64,000 nt of DNA from Candidatus Obscuribacterales bacterium (GCA_965228855.1 CBDDIJ010000003.1:3392001-3456000), one strand, 5' to 3'; positions 39,301-49,293 are shown, numbered from the stretch's first letter. Numbers and translations: made by a program. The notes: generated by a model not told the origin, from the letters alone.

Positions 39301-39913
39301 ATTTTTTGCTTTCCGGATCTCTGGAAAAAACCGTCTTCGTCGGCAGCCCATCAACTCCCTTCTCGATGGTCTCGATGCGGTTGAGCTGACCATTTTCGTG
39401 CTTGAAGTTTCTGACTTTACCATCAGGATATTTGATCGTTTCAATGTCACCGGTTTCAGGATTCTTATTGATCGACCAGTTGTTCGCTTCAGTGCCGGAA
39501 TCAGTCGTTACGATGCGGCCCTTGCCGTCGGTAATTTGAAGGGGAGAAGTCCTTTCAGAGTCATGTATACCGAAGCCGGGTGTGAGCTTGTCGGCAGTAT
39601 TATTGCGGTAATCGAGAGTAAAGAAGATCGGCTCTTCACCGATATCGTTTATATTGATCGGAGCGGTGTCACTGGGAGTAGTGGCATCGCCTCGAGCTTC
39701 GGGTTTGGGATAAGTTTGCTGTGCATTTGCATCGCCGGCGGTCTGCCCTTCTAAAGACAGTGACTGAAGCGGTACTGACGCAGCTGTGCTCAGATCGCTT
39801 TTGGTATCAACCTGAGTCGCTGGCGTAGATTCAAACGCGTACCGTGAAGAATCCGATTTACGACCGGAATCGCTGGGCGTTGGCGTGGTGTTTTCTAAGG
39901 TAGGAGACCCCAT
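36347..39913 (-). CDS. Large beta-repeat (YD/RHS-like) protein with C-terminal putative papain-fold cysteine peptidase
   Basis: Many xxxDG turn repeats (IKYPDGKVRNF, VTRPDQSRV, VVSPKGHMRTF); DQGNWGCCW and later PGHMY; no signal peptide. Confidence 0.68.
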   Translation of the reverse strand: MGSPTLENTTPTPSDSGRKSDSSRYAFESTPATQVDTKSDLSTAASVPLQSLSLEGQTAGDANAQQTYPKPEARGDATTPSDTAPININDIGEEPIFFTLDYRNNTADKLTPGFGIHDSERTSPLQITDGKGRIVTTDSGTEANNWSINKNPETGDIETIKYPDGKVRNFKHENGQLNRIETIEKGVDGLPTKTVFSRDPESKKWFAEIGGLRAELPGDIQFTKDGVLSFQLDNEGKWRAEKADGSIQIERTIQSGARVSFNDDNSVQQVTRPDQSRVECVREKGELTQVNELSADGKSVSWVKTGDKWVSNQNPAQERSSIEVADNGNITWTTADNIKHTITGGGLELNQNPNGSSFQFDKEGRFTELKDVNGLRVHGIQYSPETGQVTRAQIGSAENGRVHTYEREGNTNQWKYSVTDANGNVISQDHWTGEIAVGKDGTYAYKEGAVHGRNTDGLWTVFKLDGSQYMLQDNGQGSRAIFDMNRNLLALERQNGTKLDIQRQLGGQATQITETLANGEQVKYSLDTMSNMYMPDKAGHKPIQKIETLVNGMTQITDGNGAVHSINLDGSCVVKNADGSMSEVNSAGQVVRTTSKDGGVTRTFNWDGNKLVSVNETRKTGETRLIAGKDMRATADGAVFYTDTDGQKISSTADGSWQSYETINGKDYLARVVSPKGHMRTFSRDASGEAIGYVDSKPTENGQKVVDEYRRVPENGQWSNSWAKVSPDGKVTARHNVRLNDNGTYNYIDSQGKDKIAKVGDRGAEGGFSDSVEEARERLTELMESHLDEAQKKRFQIILDRFEKRGKERVEAQVAGGLDQNKSMEEWDQKISKAYDHMAKMLDANAPNAQYDLKTRAKLVENMAFAMAAPVKANDQGNWGCCWMISGVYCGIIQYPDKMASMLSELSLTGKYTDLEGKQWTPPQHLLKFTNQGGNWTIENCGNTQRSPVSEILTSVAAYLSADGRRTDRGASGGTAPAMNHAMKKITGDTWKVTGESAMTSASMKQELLTKGGYVCLMPGHMYLGALEKHGNEWKLVASMQHGDNGRRVNGTVTDLASWNVQRTRMRYNPDIDLPECKDQPIGPSPGGYDGGGWGGGGGRWRPGRFFPRLFPRLFRGFGGGCDGGCCEFSCSGNDDQLIRNMRAKRQLEQEEQEKLQAFRDAQEEMTEAIDSDTARRRKYLNGILKIS

Positions 39914-40338
39914 GAGCACATATCCATCTAGTTGAGGGTGAAGAAAGAAGAAACTGGTCAGCACGAACCCGAGCGGTCGCGGGACCACTAGCCACCCGGC
40001 GTTCCGGGCGAAATAGTAAGCGGGGTTTGATGCATTTCAGGTTACAGACCGTTTGTGATTTTTTAGTGCTAAAAAGCCTTTGATATTGAGGTTTTTGCGG
40101 TTTCTCCCACCCTCTTCATGGGTGAATTACGAAACAAAAATCACGAACGAAAGCCTAATGCAACACAGATCTCCACAGTTTTTGCAAACCGCATTACCAA
40201 TATCAAAAGTTTCCAAGCCTCGACCCCAATGATGAATGCGACTTGATACAAAGGAGTGTCGACTTTACAACAAAAAAGCGGTTCCCCTTGCCCTGGACGG
40301 ACAGTTTCCGTTTTTATCGATGCTTTATACTGTCTCCA

Positions 40339-41400
40339 GTGAAACATCAAACGTTGAAGGGTCTACTCTCCATTTTGCTCTCTGCCGCGACACTTTCGTT
40401 AACGGCAGAGGTTGCCTCATCCGCTATCAAAGAAAAGCATCCTGGAATGGTGCTCATCCGCGGTGGCACTTTCACCATGGGCGGTATCGGGAAAGATGCG
40501 AGAGCCGATGAGTTTCCGAAGCACAAAGTTTTGGTCAACAGTTTCTGGATCGACGAAACGGAAGTGACCAATGCACAATTCAAAAAGTTCGTCGATGAAA
40601 CAAGCTACGTGACCACCGCTGAGCGAAAAATCTCCTGGGAGCAAATCAAAAAGGATCTGCCACCCAATACGCCGCGTCCCAAAGACGAGGATTTAGAGCC
40701 AGGATCACTGGTGTTCAAAAAACCGGAAAAGCCCATTGCCGACGCCAGAAATTATTCGCAGTGGTGGAGCTGGACAAAAGGCGCTGATTGGAAACATCCT
40801 TACGGACCCGATAGTTCTATAAAAGGAATCAGTGACCATCCTGTCGTGCAAGTTTCCTTCGAGGACGCCAGCAAGTACGCAGAGTGGGCAGGGAAGCGGC
40901 TGCCGACGGAAGCTGAATGGGAGTACGCTGCGCGTGGCGGTGAGGAAGAAAAGGAATTCGTGTGGGGCGACTCTCCAATCGACAAGCATAGATGCAACGT
41001 TTGGCAGGGCCGCTTTCCGACTGTCAATACAAAGGATGACGGATACGAAGCGACGAATCCTGTAAGAGCCTTCAAGCCCAATGGATATAAACTGTTCGGA
41101 ATGGCAGGCAATGTTTGGGAATGGTGCGCAGATCGCTACCATCCGTCGTATTACGAAGACGTGCTAAAGGCAAACGAAGACGGCGCACCTGCCAACAATC
41201 CAACCGGCCCGGTCAACGGTTTTGATCCTCGCCATCCTAATGCGCAAGATGTGCGCGTGCAGCGCGGTGGATCATTCTTGTGCAACGCCAGTTACTGCAG
41301 CAGCTACAGACCCAGCGCACGCATGAGCTCCACACCAGACTCTTCATCCTGTCACGTGGGATTTCGCTGCGTCAAAGACGTGACCTCCCCACATCCGTAG
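40339..41400 (+). CDS. Formylglycine-generating enzyme (FGE/SUMF1) family protein
   Basis: GGTFTMG, ETEVTNAQF, HPVVQVS, RLPTEAEWEYAARGG, MAGNVWEW, RGGSFLCNASYC..YR, GFRC; signal-peptide-like N-terminus; start uncertain (ORF opens 40243). Confidence 0.93.
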   Translation: MKHQTLKGLLSILLSAATLSLTAEVASSAIKEKHPGMVLIRGGTFTMGGIGKDARADEFPKHKVLVNSFWIDETEVTNAQFKKFVDETSYVTTAERKISWEQIKKDLPPNTPRPKDEDLEPGSLVFKKPEKPIADARNYSQWWSWTKGADWKHPYGPDSSIKGISDHPVVQVSFEDASKYAEWAGKRLPTEAEWEYAARGGEEEKEFVWGDSPIDKHRCNVWQGRFPTVNTKDDGYEATNPVRAFKPNGYKLFGMAGNVWEWCADRYHPSYYEDVLKANEDGAPANNPTGPVNGFDPRHPNAQDVRVQRGGSFLCNASYCSSYRPSARMSSTPDSSSCHVGFRCVKDVTSPHP

Positions 41401-41443
41401 ATGACCCATCGATGGATGAGCTTTCCACTTTGTTTGGTTGAGT

Positions 41444-44400
41444 CTACTCAACGATGACGTGATCGCTTCCGCTCCGTCCAAAAGTCTCGGTCATATACAT
41501 TTCCTCGACTTTTGTCGGGGGTACGATGTAGTCACCAGGAGTAGTGGCGCGAACCAGATACGTGTAGTCGTATTTGCCTGCGAAAAGCAGTGATTGAAAC
41601 GCTTCTGCCTGATGATCGCGTAAGTTCTGGTGTTCAAACCATGTCGACGGCCACCACCAGATAAACGACTCGAAAGTCGGAAGGATCTTACCGCGCGACC
41701 GCGGTCCGCCGGACGGTTTCGTGCTGGTCGCATTAGGCGGAACTTGCGTCCTACTTCCGGAAAGGTCCGGATTGAGGGGTTCCGTTCCAGCGGCAAGCGG
41801 GTCCATCATAGCCACATGATATCGTGCTCCCGGTGTGGAGAACTTTAGCTTCACGCGCACAGTTGAGCCACTCTTGAAGTGCCAGACCCCATCAGCATCT
41901 TTCTTAACTTCATCAGGGTCATCAACAGCCTCATATGTACGCTCGACCGAGAAGCCGTAATCGGCCGGTTTCAGAACAAGGTTCTTCGGAGCATAGTCCA
42001 AACCAATTCTGTAATAGAGGCGCCCCGGTCCCACTTTGTTTATTACAACCTCGCTGTCGTCGCGTTTAGCGAGGAAGCTCATCGGAAGTTCGAGAGTTTT
42101 TGTCTCAGTCGTTCTTCCGGCAAACTTCTGCAGTCCTACCAATGTGTCACCAAGCCATTCCTGGCTTTCGAAATTTGGCGTTTGATTTTCATATGTATTG
42201 AAGTATCTATCGAGCGCCTGCAGTATGTAACCGTTTTCTTGTGTTCCTTCCCACGTACCGTTTTTACGATGCGCCAGAAGTCCCTTCACCATCTTCGGTA
42301 TCAACTCGCTCTTGGGCTGATCTTCCATAAGCGCCTCGAGAACAATCGCATCGGTTCTTCTCGGAGAGTAGAAGATGCAATATCCCCAGCCACCATATCC
42401 ACCGTCGTTTGCGGATGCCGTCGAGGCTGTTTCCTTGATGCTCGCATCGAATAATTTGCGAATCATCGCAATCTCGTTAGCAGAGTCACTGTCATGTGAG
42501 ATGACCGGTAGCAACCAACCAGCTGTTTCCAGCGAGAGATCAGAGGAAATCTTTTCGCTCGACAGTTTCGCAAGCGGAACCGGTGGATCAAACGGAGGCT
42601 TATTATCCTTCGAGTTGGTCTGCGGTTTCAACGCTCGATGAATCAAGCGTCGTGCAGCAGAAGCGTCGCTGTCCTTCATACGGTAGCGAACGTTCAAAGC
42701 ACGTGCTTCGATGCTTATTTTCGTACGCTCGCTATACTCTTTCGGAATGTGTTGCGCGATGTTCTTCAAGTAGTTTCTGCTCTTGGTTAAAACTTCCGCG
42801 TCGACTTTGAAGTCTTTCTCGCTGGCAAGACTCAGAGCTTGAGCCACTTGAATCGAGACATAGGGCCAGCGAGTCTGCTCGCCCAACTTCCAGAGACCAA
42901 AACTACCGTCTGAATTTTGACGCTTAACAAGTTCGGCGATGTCCTTGTTAACGAAGTCTTTGAACTCAGTTAGCGCGGCGCCGTCTAGCTTACCGAATGA
43001 AACCAGCACGTCCTGCAACGAGAGCATCGCGATCATGCGAGACGAAAGTTGTTCTGAGCAGCCAAAGCTGTAGTGCTTTAAGTAGAAATATGCATCAGTG
43101 AGAGCCTGAACAGCGGTGCTGCTCGTCGAGATGGATAAACCACCGACTTGCTCATAGACATCTTTGGGTCTGTCGAGCTTTTGCAGTATCGCGCCTTTAT
43201 CGATTTGTCCGTAAGCGGCAAATGATTCCTTGGTGGCAGGCACCAATATTGGTATCGAGAAGTCTGCGGCATCAGTGGCTGAGCCGGAAACAGCCGCGAC
43301 CTGGAAGTTAGCCTTGCCCTCATCTATGGTGGCAACTGGGAAGCGTACTTCAACTCTATCGTTCGCGGGAACCTCAACGATCTTGCCAGCGAATTCCGTT
43401 GTCTTCGAGACGGAGGTCGGCTGGGACGTTTTGTCGGTCGTGGAGTTCGACGACGCGTCGGAACTTGAATTCGGGCCGGAAGACGAGTCCGAGCTGGATG
43501 TCGAATTTGACTCGGTATCGCCGGGCTCTTCTTCAACAGTGCTCTTCGGCGTCTTCTCATAGTCGCGCGTCGCGGACACGTTTGTTAGCTTTGCATTATC
43601 CGCGCGAATAACGACTTCGACTTTCAGAGGCTTGTCAGTCTGGTTCTGTAGCACTACCGGCAGTTCACATCTATCACCGAAGTGCAGGAAGCGAGGCGCC
43701 GATGGTTTCACCATGAGTGGCAGACGAGCGGTTACGTTAGACTCAGTAGAACCGAACGCGTCGTCACCGGAGACTGCGGCGGCCATGATTCTGTAGCGAG
43801 TCAGGCTGTCCGGCAGATGCAGTTTTGCTTGCGCCTTGCCGTTCTCATCAGTCGTGATGAAGGGGACGTAGAGAGCCAGGGCGTTGAAATTCGAGCGAAC
43901 ATTGATCGGTGTATTGTCATCCATCGGAGCGGACCCCGGAGCCATCGCAGCCTCGGCACGCATAGATTTGCCCATTGCAAGACCCGCGTCAGCGCTCTGC
44001 GCTTCCACCTGGAACAGGTTCGCTTCTCGGGATGCGGCGAGCCCGGCGTTAAATTTCCACCCGTTCCGAGCACTCGATTTCATCAGGACAGGCGCTGCTG
44101 CTGGCATGGCGCCGCCCACTTGCCTGCGCTCGTTCTCGTCCTGCATCTGTTCCTGAGCAGGTTTAATCACATACTGCCTGAAGTAAGCGTTCTCGACAGA
44201 GCTCTGAGCTTCAGGATAGAACACATCCATCGGGTCTGGCCAATTGTAGCCGGCTAGGGCGAGAATCGATTCATCAACGACGACCAGTGTGACTTGACCA
44301 TCCTTGACCGGCTTTCCTTCCGCGTTTTTCAGATCAATATCAATAGTGGTATCACCACCAGGTGAGATCTCGGTCTGAGCAGCATTGGCTTTTAGAGATA

Positions 44401-47400
44401 AGGTGCGCGCTCGTGGCGGCACTTTCAGTTCAATGTTTCCAGCCGCAAAAGCAGAGTTCTTGCCGGCTACGTACATCTCCACAGTGAGGTTTGGATAATA
44501 GTCTTTGATAATCGGTATCTTCACCGTTTTCGAAGACGAATCCATGTCTAGAGGAAGTGTGGATACGATCGAATCGCGACGCACAGTGACCAATCCGTGA
44601 GCGGGATAGAACGGCGAAGAAACCAGAATCTCGGCAGTATCACCTGGTTGATATTCTTTCTTATCTGGAATGACTATCAGGTTTTCCAGCTGCGCTTTTC
44701 TCGCTTCAGCGGGAGTGTCGCCCTCTATCCAGGTGGAAACTTTTGTAAGGTTGCGTCTGTTTTTGCCATCGAATACGGTGGCAACCACATAGTGCTGCCC
44801 TCCTTGTTTAGGCATCAGGTTTATCAGCTGAGGGTGATCGCTGGAGGAAATATTCTGGCGAGTGACCTCAACCTCCTTGCCATCTTTGTCAATGCGAACC
44901 AGTTTCAAAACAGCCTTACTGCCGGTTCTCACCTTGCCATCAAGGTCCGTCGCAATTACGCGCAGATCAACGGCTTCACCTTTGCGGTAAAACCATCTGC
45001 CCGGCTTGACGCCGATATAGGTGTCGGAAGGATGTACGAGAACGGACACTTTGTCGGACCAGCTCTGACGATTTACATCGACGACCGTCGCCTCGCAGCT
45101 AGCCGACATAGGGAGCGGTTCCTTAAAACTGTCGAATTTCAGCTCTACTGTGTTGACGCCGGCTCCATCGGTTTTACCATTGACGATTTTGGTTTCCTGC
45201 GGCGCCATGCCGCCCGGCGGGAAGATACCGCGGCCGATACCACCGCGATGATAATCCATCATGGGCCTTGCCCAAAACGGACTGCCGTGACCAAAAGAAA
45301 ACTCACTCCATCCTGGCGGTGCATACTGGGTCTGCGATGCCGCAATCGACCAATTGATAGGCGCATCAGTCAAGGCGCCCCCAGCATAATACTGAGTTTT
45401 CGCAGTCAACGAAGTGGTATCACCAAGAAGCATCGAAGTTCCAAGCGAGGATGAAACCTTCATCTCGAATTCCGGACGGCGAAACTCCTGTATCTTCAAC
45501 TCAACATAGGCGGTCTGCGTGCCTGAATTAAAGTAACTGCTCATTGTCGTTGGTTGTTCGGTAGGGGAGAATTTGAAGCTGCCCTCGGACTTCGCTGTGA
45601 TTTGCAAATTCGCGTTTCCAAGGTTTATCTTCTCCGGAATCTTGGTTTCAAAAGTAAACGCACCAGTGGCGTCAACCTTCGCATCTCCCTTCACAAGCTC
45701 GGTTCCATCATATCCATTTATCTGATAGGAAACAGAATCAACGTGAGACGGCACCAACTGCAGTGCATCATTTTGAGTGAAACGCAAACCTCTGGTCCAA
45801 CCACGAACAGTGACAGTTTCACCAGGTTTATACAACTGCCGATCGGTGACGGTATACCACTTAAGCTCAGGCGGACGCTGGTTGTATGACCAACCAGAAT
45901 GGTATTGCGATGCAGGCACGAAAGCGACATCGTCGCCTTTTTTCGCCATAAGCAAAATTGATTTTTCCCAGTTGTCCGAGATGGGCAACTTTGCTAAGCC
46001 GCTCGCATCGCTTACGGCGGTGTTTTTACTCTCGAGAACCGAGAGCTCTGCACCTGCTACTGGAGAGCCATCAGCCAGAGTCGTCACAAGACCAACCATG
46101 TTGCGTCCCTTGAACGCATCAACACCAAGCTTCGTTACCTGAACCCAGGAGTTGAACTGTTGGTTGTAGTTTTTGGGAGCTCCGACAGTTTCACCACGCA
46201 AGACAAACTGCCCAAGACCGTTCTTTAAATACGGACTGAGGTCGAAGTCGAATTGAACATCCTCATCTCCTACCTTAAACGTTTTGGAACCGACTTGGGT
46301 TCCAACTGAAAAATCTCGGTTGTAATGGTTACCGGAAAACGTCTTCCAATCTGAAGGTGAGACTTTGAAAACAGTGACCTTCACTTGGGGCACGGCTTGC
46401 GCATACATCGTCACCACCGGTTTTTGACCGAACGGGATGGTGTTCATCGCATCCATCTGACGCAGTTGCGTATTGAGCGCACCGGTTGTGAAACTACCGA
46501 CGACATCTCGGCCGAGAGTCTGACCGAAGGTGTCGACCATCTCTTTATCAAAGGTCACCGTGTATTTTGTGAACGGCTTCAATCTTCCGCGAAGCCAGAC
46601 TTGCGCACCGCCGACTTGCCACTCCGCATCTTTGACTTCAGGAGTAATCTTGATCATCTTCTCGTCGAATTTGCCCTTCGAATTATCGATTGGGTTCGAG
46701 AAAAGAAATGCTCGATATGCCCAGCGCTCAGCCGACACACCTGGCTCCGGAGATCGGACCAGTTTGAACGCACCATGAATTGAGACCGTGAAATCCTGCG
46801 ACTTCGCCGTTTTCAATGGTCCTTCCGCAGACGGAATTCCAGCTGGGAATGAAACCTTGACGGACGTTCCCAGAGGAAGCGGATTGGCAGCCTGGAAGGC
46901 TAGCCACTGATTCTTCGGCAGATTGCTCACGAGAGACTTGCGAGTCGGATCCTTCTCGACTGTCTCATCATCGACTTTTCGCACATCAAAAGTCTGATTG
47001 CCGGCCGACACCTTTATCATTTTGAAAACAGCATCGCGATCAATGTCTTGATCGAAGATTGCCACCATTATTGGTGACTGTATTTGAGGTCCGCCCTGCG
47101 GGTAGAAATTTTTCACGGTGACAGTCGGCGTCGTCATCGTCCACGACATCGGTTTCTCAGCTTTGGAACCGGTGGTGGATTGCGTTCCGGCAGGAACGGT
47201 AATTGTGTACTCGGTAGACTTTGGAAAACGCCCACGCTCAGGTTCAAACAGAACAGTTTGAGTTCCGGCCCACTTATATTTACCGGCAGGCTGCGGTTTC
47301 ATCTGCACGGCGGGAATCGTGTCAAAAGCGCCAACCTCTGAGATCGGCACCATCGGCTGCGAAAAGGTCATCGCATATTGAGTCACTTCGTCGACCACAC

Positions 47401-47857
47401 CGCTATGGCTGACGCGCATGACAGAAAGCGGCGTTTTCGATTCATCGACCACCGGCTTCTCACGCGGCGTCGTATCTTTCGGAGGGAACGTTTCAAGAGT
47501 TTGAATACCGGGGATCTTCGGCTTGACCAGCGAATCCTCAGGAATTACAAAAGCCTTCTTATCAACTTTTTGCAGGGGCGATAAACGGTTTAAAAGATCC
47601 AAAACGCGCTTTGCCGGCAGATCCTCCGCTGGTGCGGACGGAACGCTCTCACCCTTTTCGATAGGTGTCTGACTTTCCTTTACGGAAAACGATAATTCGG
47701 TCTTGGGCTCATCGGCATCCGCAGATTTTTCCCCAGTGTCGGCTGCCAGCGCTTGCATATGCTGCATTGGAATCACGTTAAACAGCATCAAGGTGATCGC
47801 AAGGTAAGAGCAGATGAAGTTGGAAAGTTTTTTGTCCCTGTACATGCGTCGACGCAT
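41444..47857 (-). CDS. Bacterial alpha-2-macroglobulin with N-terminal Ig-like domains
   Basis: TDRQLYKPGE (MG2), EFRRPEF, LPDSLTRYR, thioester motif FGCSEQ, RATTPGDYIVPP..EEMY; GGGGGAGG RBS before ATG 47857. Confidence 0.95.
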   Translation of the reverse strand: MRRRMYRDKKLSNFICSYLAITLMLFNVIPMQHMQALAADTGEKSADADEPKTELSFSVKESQTPIEKGESVPSAPAEDLPAKRVLDLLNRLSPLQKVDKKAFVIPEDSLVKPKIPGIQTLETFPPKDTTPREKPVVDESKTPLSVMRVSHSGVVDEVTQYAMTFSQPMVPISEVGAFDTIPAVQMKPQPAGKYKWAGTQTVLFEPERGRFPKSTEYTITVPAGTQSTTGSKAEKPMSWTMTTPTVTVKNFYPQGGPQIQSPIMVAIFDQDIDRDAVFKMIKVSAGNQTFDVRKVDDETVEKDPTRKSLVSNLPKNQWLAFQAANPLPLGTSVKVSFPAGIPSAEGPLKTAKSQDFTVSIHGAFKLVRSPEPGVSAERWAYRAFLFSNPIDNSKGKFDEKMIKITPEVKDAEWQVGGAQVWLRGRLKPFTKYTVTFDKEMVDTFGQTLGRDVVGSFTTGALNTQLRQMDAMNTIPFGQKPVVTMYAQAVPQVKVTVFKVSPSDWKTFSGNHYNRDFSVGTQVGSKTFKVGDEDVQFDFDLSPYLKNGLGQFVLRGETVGAPKNYNQQFNSWVQVTKLGVDAFKGRNMVGLVTTLADGSPVAGAELSVLESKNTAVSDASGLAKLPISDNWEKSILLMAKKGDDVAFVPASQYHSGWSYNQRPPELKWYTVTDRQLYKPGETVTVRGWTRGLRFTQNDALQLVPSHVDSVSYQINGYDGTELVKGDAKVDATGAFTFETKIPEKINLGNANLQITAKSEGSFKFSPTEQPTTMSSYFNSGTQTAYVELKIQEFRRPEFEMKVSSSLGTSMLLGDTTSLTAKTQYYAGGALTDAPINWSIAASQTQYAPPGWSEFSFGHGSPFWARPMMDYHRGGIGRGIFPPGGMAPQETKIVNGKTDGAGVNTVELKFDSFKEPLPMSASCEATVVDVNRQSWSDKVSVLVHPSDTYIGVKPGRWFYRKGEAVDLRVIATDLDGKVRTGSKAVLKLVRIDKDGKEVEVTRQNISSSDHPQLINLMPKQGGQHYVVATVFDGKNRRNLTKVSTWIEGDTPAEARKAQLENLIVIPDKKEYQPGDTAEILVSSPFYPAHGLVTVRRDSIVSTLPLDMDSSSKTVKIPIIKDYYPNLTVEMYVAGKNSAFAAGNIELKVPPRARTLSLKANAAQTEISPGGDTTIDIDLKNAEGKPVKDGQVTLVVVDESILALAGYNWPDPMDVFYPEAQSSVENAYFRQYVIKPAQEQMQDENERRQVGGAMPAAAPVLMKSSARNGWKFNAGLAASREANLFQVEAQSADAGLAMGKSMRAEAAMAPGSAPMDDNTPINVRSNFNALALYVPFITTDENGKAQAKLHLPDSLTRYRIMAAAVSGDDAFGSTESNVTARLPLMVKPSAPRFLHFGDRCELPVVLQNQTDKPLKVEVVIRADNAKLTNVSATRDYEKTPKSTVEEEPGDTESNSTSSSDSSSGPNSSSDASSNSTTDKTSQPTSVSKTTEFAGKIVEVPANDRVEVRFPVATIDEGKANFQVAAVSGSATDAADFSIPILVPATKESFAAYGQIDKGAILQKLDRPKDVYEQVGGLSISTSSTAVQALTDAYFYLKHYSFGCSEQLSSRMIAMLSLQDVLVSFGKLDGAALTEFKDFVNKDIAELVKRQNSDGSFGLWKLGEQTRWPYVSIQVAQALSLASEKDFKVDAEVLTKSRNYLKNIAQHIPKEYSERTKISIEARALNVRYRMKDSDASAARRLIHRALKPQTNSKDNKPPFDPPVPLAKLSSEKISSDLSLETAGWLLPVISHDSDSANEIAMIRKLFDASIKETASTASANDGGYGGWGYCIFYSPRRTDAIVLEALMEDQPKSELIPKMVKGLLAHRKNGTWEGTQENGYILQALDRYFNTYENQTPNFESQEWLGDTLVGLQKFAGRTTETKTLELPMSFLAKRDDSEVVINKVGPGRLYYRIGLDYAPKNLVLKPADYGFSVERTYEAVDDPDEVKKDADGVWHFKSGSTVRVKLKFSTPGARYHVAMMDPLAAGTEPLNPDLSGSRTQVPPNATSTKPSGGPRSRGKILPTFESFIWWWPSTWFEHQNLRDHQAEAFQSLLFAGKYDYTYLVRATTPGDYIVPPTKVEEMYMTETFGRSGSDHVIVE

Positions 47858-48141
47858 GGCGCCTCCCCCGATAAGTTCCTTCAACGGTGCATTGTAAACC
47901 CCTTGACCAGTGAAACTGCCCATTGTTTCCCGCAACAAGCAATTCCAGGAAAAACCCCAGGTGTCTGCACAGGTAAGGGATAGAGCCATTGAGCGCTTGA
48001 CAATAACCCAAAAGCAGTCCGAGATCCGAGAAATTCCCGAAGCGCGAAGCGGCTAAGTGAAAGTTCCCTAGACCTCAGTTTTACTTGTCCTGAACACTCT
48101 CACATGGTACCGTTTTGGTCCCGGAATGAGTGCTTACTGCC

Positions 48142-49293
48142 ATGGACCGCAAAGCGGACACCGTAGAGGAAAAAGAAGTCCCCGTCGACGCGAATATTTT
48201 CCCTTTGGACCGATACAAACCTCTAAAGGAAATCGGTACTGGAGCAGAAGGCTTGGTATTTCTTTGCCGCGACAGGCTACTCAAGAAGAAAGTCGCGATA
48301 AAGTGTTTGAAAACCCTGACGCCGGAACATTTTGTCAGCCTCCAGCGCGAAGCTAAAGCAACCGGTCATCTTCAACATCCCAACATTGTAACTGTTCTAG
48401 ACTTTGGTGCGGTGAATGGTCTAGCACCATATATGGTTCTAGACTATGTGCGCGGAACAACCATAGAGCAGATTATCAAAGAGACCGGTCCCTTGAATAC
48501 GGATGCAGCTGTAGCTGTGATAAAGCAGACAGCAAGCGGATTAGCACATGCTCATCACAAAGGAATTTTTCATAGAGATATTAAGAGTTCCAACATTCTC
48601 GTGGTCGACCGCTCTCAAGACGACACTGGTAGCCAGAATCTTAAAGTCAAAATTGTTGATTTCGGTTTAGCGACTGCTAAACACTTGAATCAGGAACCGA
48701 CCATTCTGCATGGACGAACAATCGTCGGTACCCCCAACTACATGCCGCCGGACCAGGCGCTCGGCTACACATACGACGAGCGCAGTGAGATGTATTCCCT
48801 TGGATGCGTTTTCTTCGAAGCACTCACCGGAGTGCCACCATTTCAAGGCGATAATGCTTTGGCAACGATAAACATGCACGCCAATTTGCCAACGCCTTCA
48901 TTGAGAGATCGCAACAGTAGCCGACGATATTCAGCCGCTCTCGAAGCAATTGTGGCTAAGTGCTTGAACAAGGAGCGCGATCAAAGGTTTCAAACAATGG
49001 AAGAGCTGCTTGAAGCGCTTAACGGTTTGAATACACGAACAGTGATGACCCAGGAAATAATCAAACCAGTGCTTGTCACCACAGGCGGTTTCATGCTACC
49101 TAGCAATTCGAATATCAAAGACCCAGGTCTTGGACCGGAGGGCAAGAGGCCGCGAGAGAGTTATGCTCAAACATTCCTCGGAATCTTTATCGCTCTCTTT
49201 ATAGTTGCACTCGCGACCTTCGCAATCAACCAGATGATGAAACCCTCGGAAATCGGCAAACGCACAAAGCTCGAATCGATTTCGACCTTCTAA
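48142..49293 (+). CDS. Membrane-anchored Ser/Thr protein kinase
   Basis: IGTGAEG, VAIK, HRDIKSSN, DFG, GTPNYMPPDQ; single TM near the C-terminus. Confidence 0.93.
   Translation: MDRKADTVEEKEVPVDANIFPLDRYKPLKEIGTGAEGLVFLCRDRLLKKKVAIKCLKTLTPEHFVSLQREAKATGHLQHPNIVTVLDFGAVNGLAPYMVLDYVRGTTIEQIIKETGPLNTDAAVAVIKQTASGLAHAHHKGIFHRDIKSSNILVVDRSQDDTGSQNLKVKIVDFGLATAKHLNQEPTILHGRTIVGTPNYMPPDQALGYTYDERSEMYSLGCVFFEALTGVPPFQGDNALATINMHANLPTPSLRDRNSSRRYSAALEAIVAKCLNKERDQRFQTMEELLEALNGLNTRTVMTQEIIKPVLVTTGGFMLPSNSNIKDPGLGPEGKRPRESYAQTFLGIFIALFIVALATFAINQMMKPSEIGKRTKLESISTF

Noticed and set aside
44597..45454. 285-aa antisense ORF, and similar ones at 17254-17973 and 62837-63541
   Set aside because: They lie wholly opposite well-supported genes; typical codon-bias shadows.
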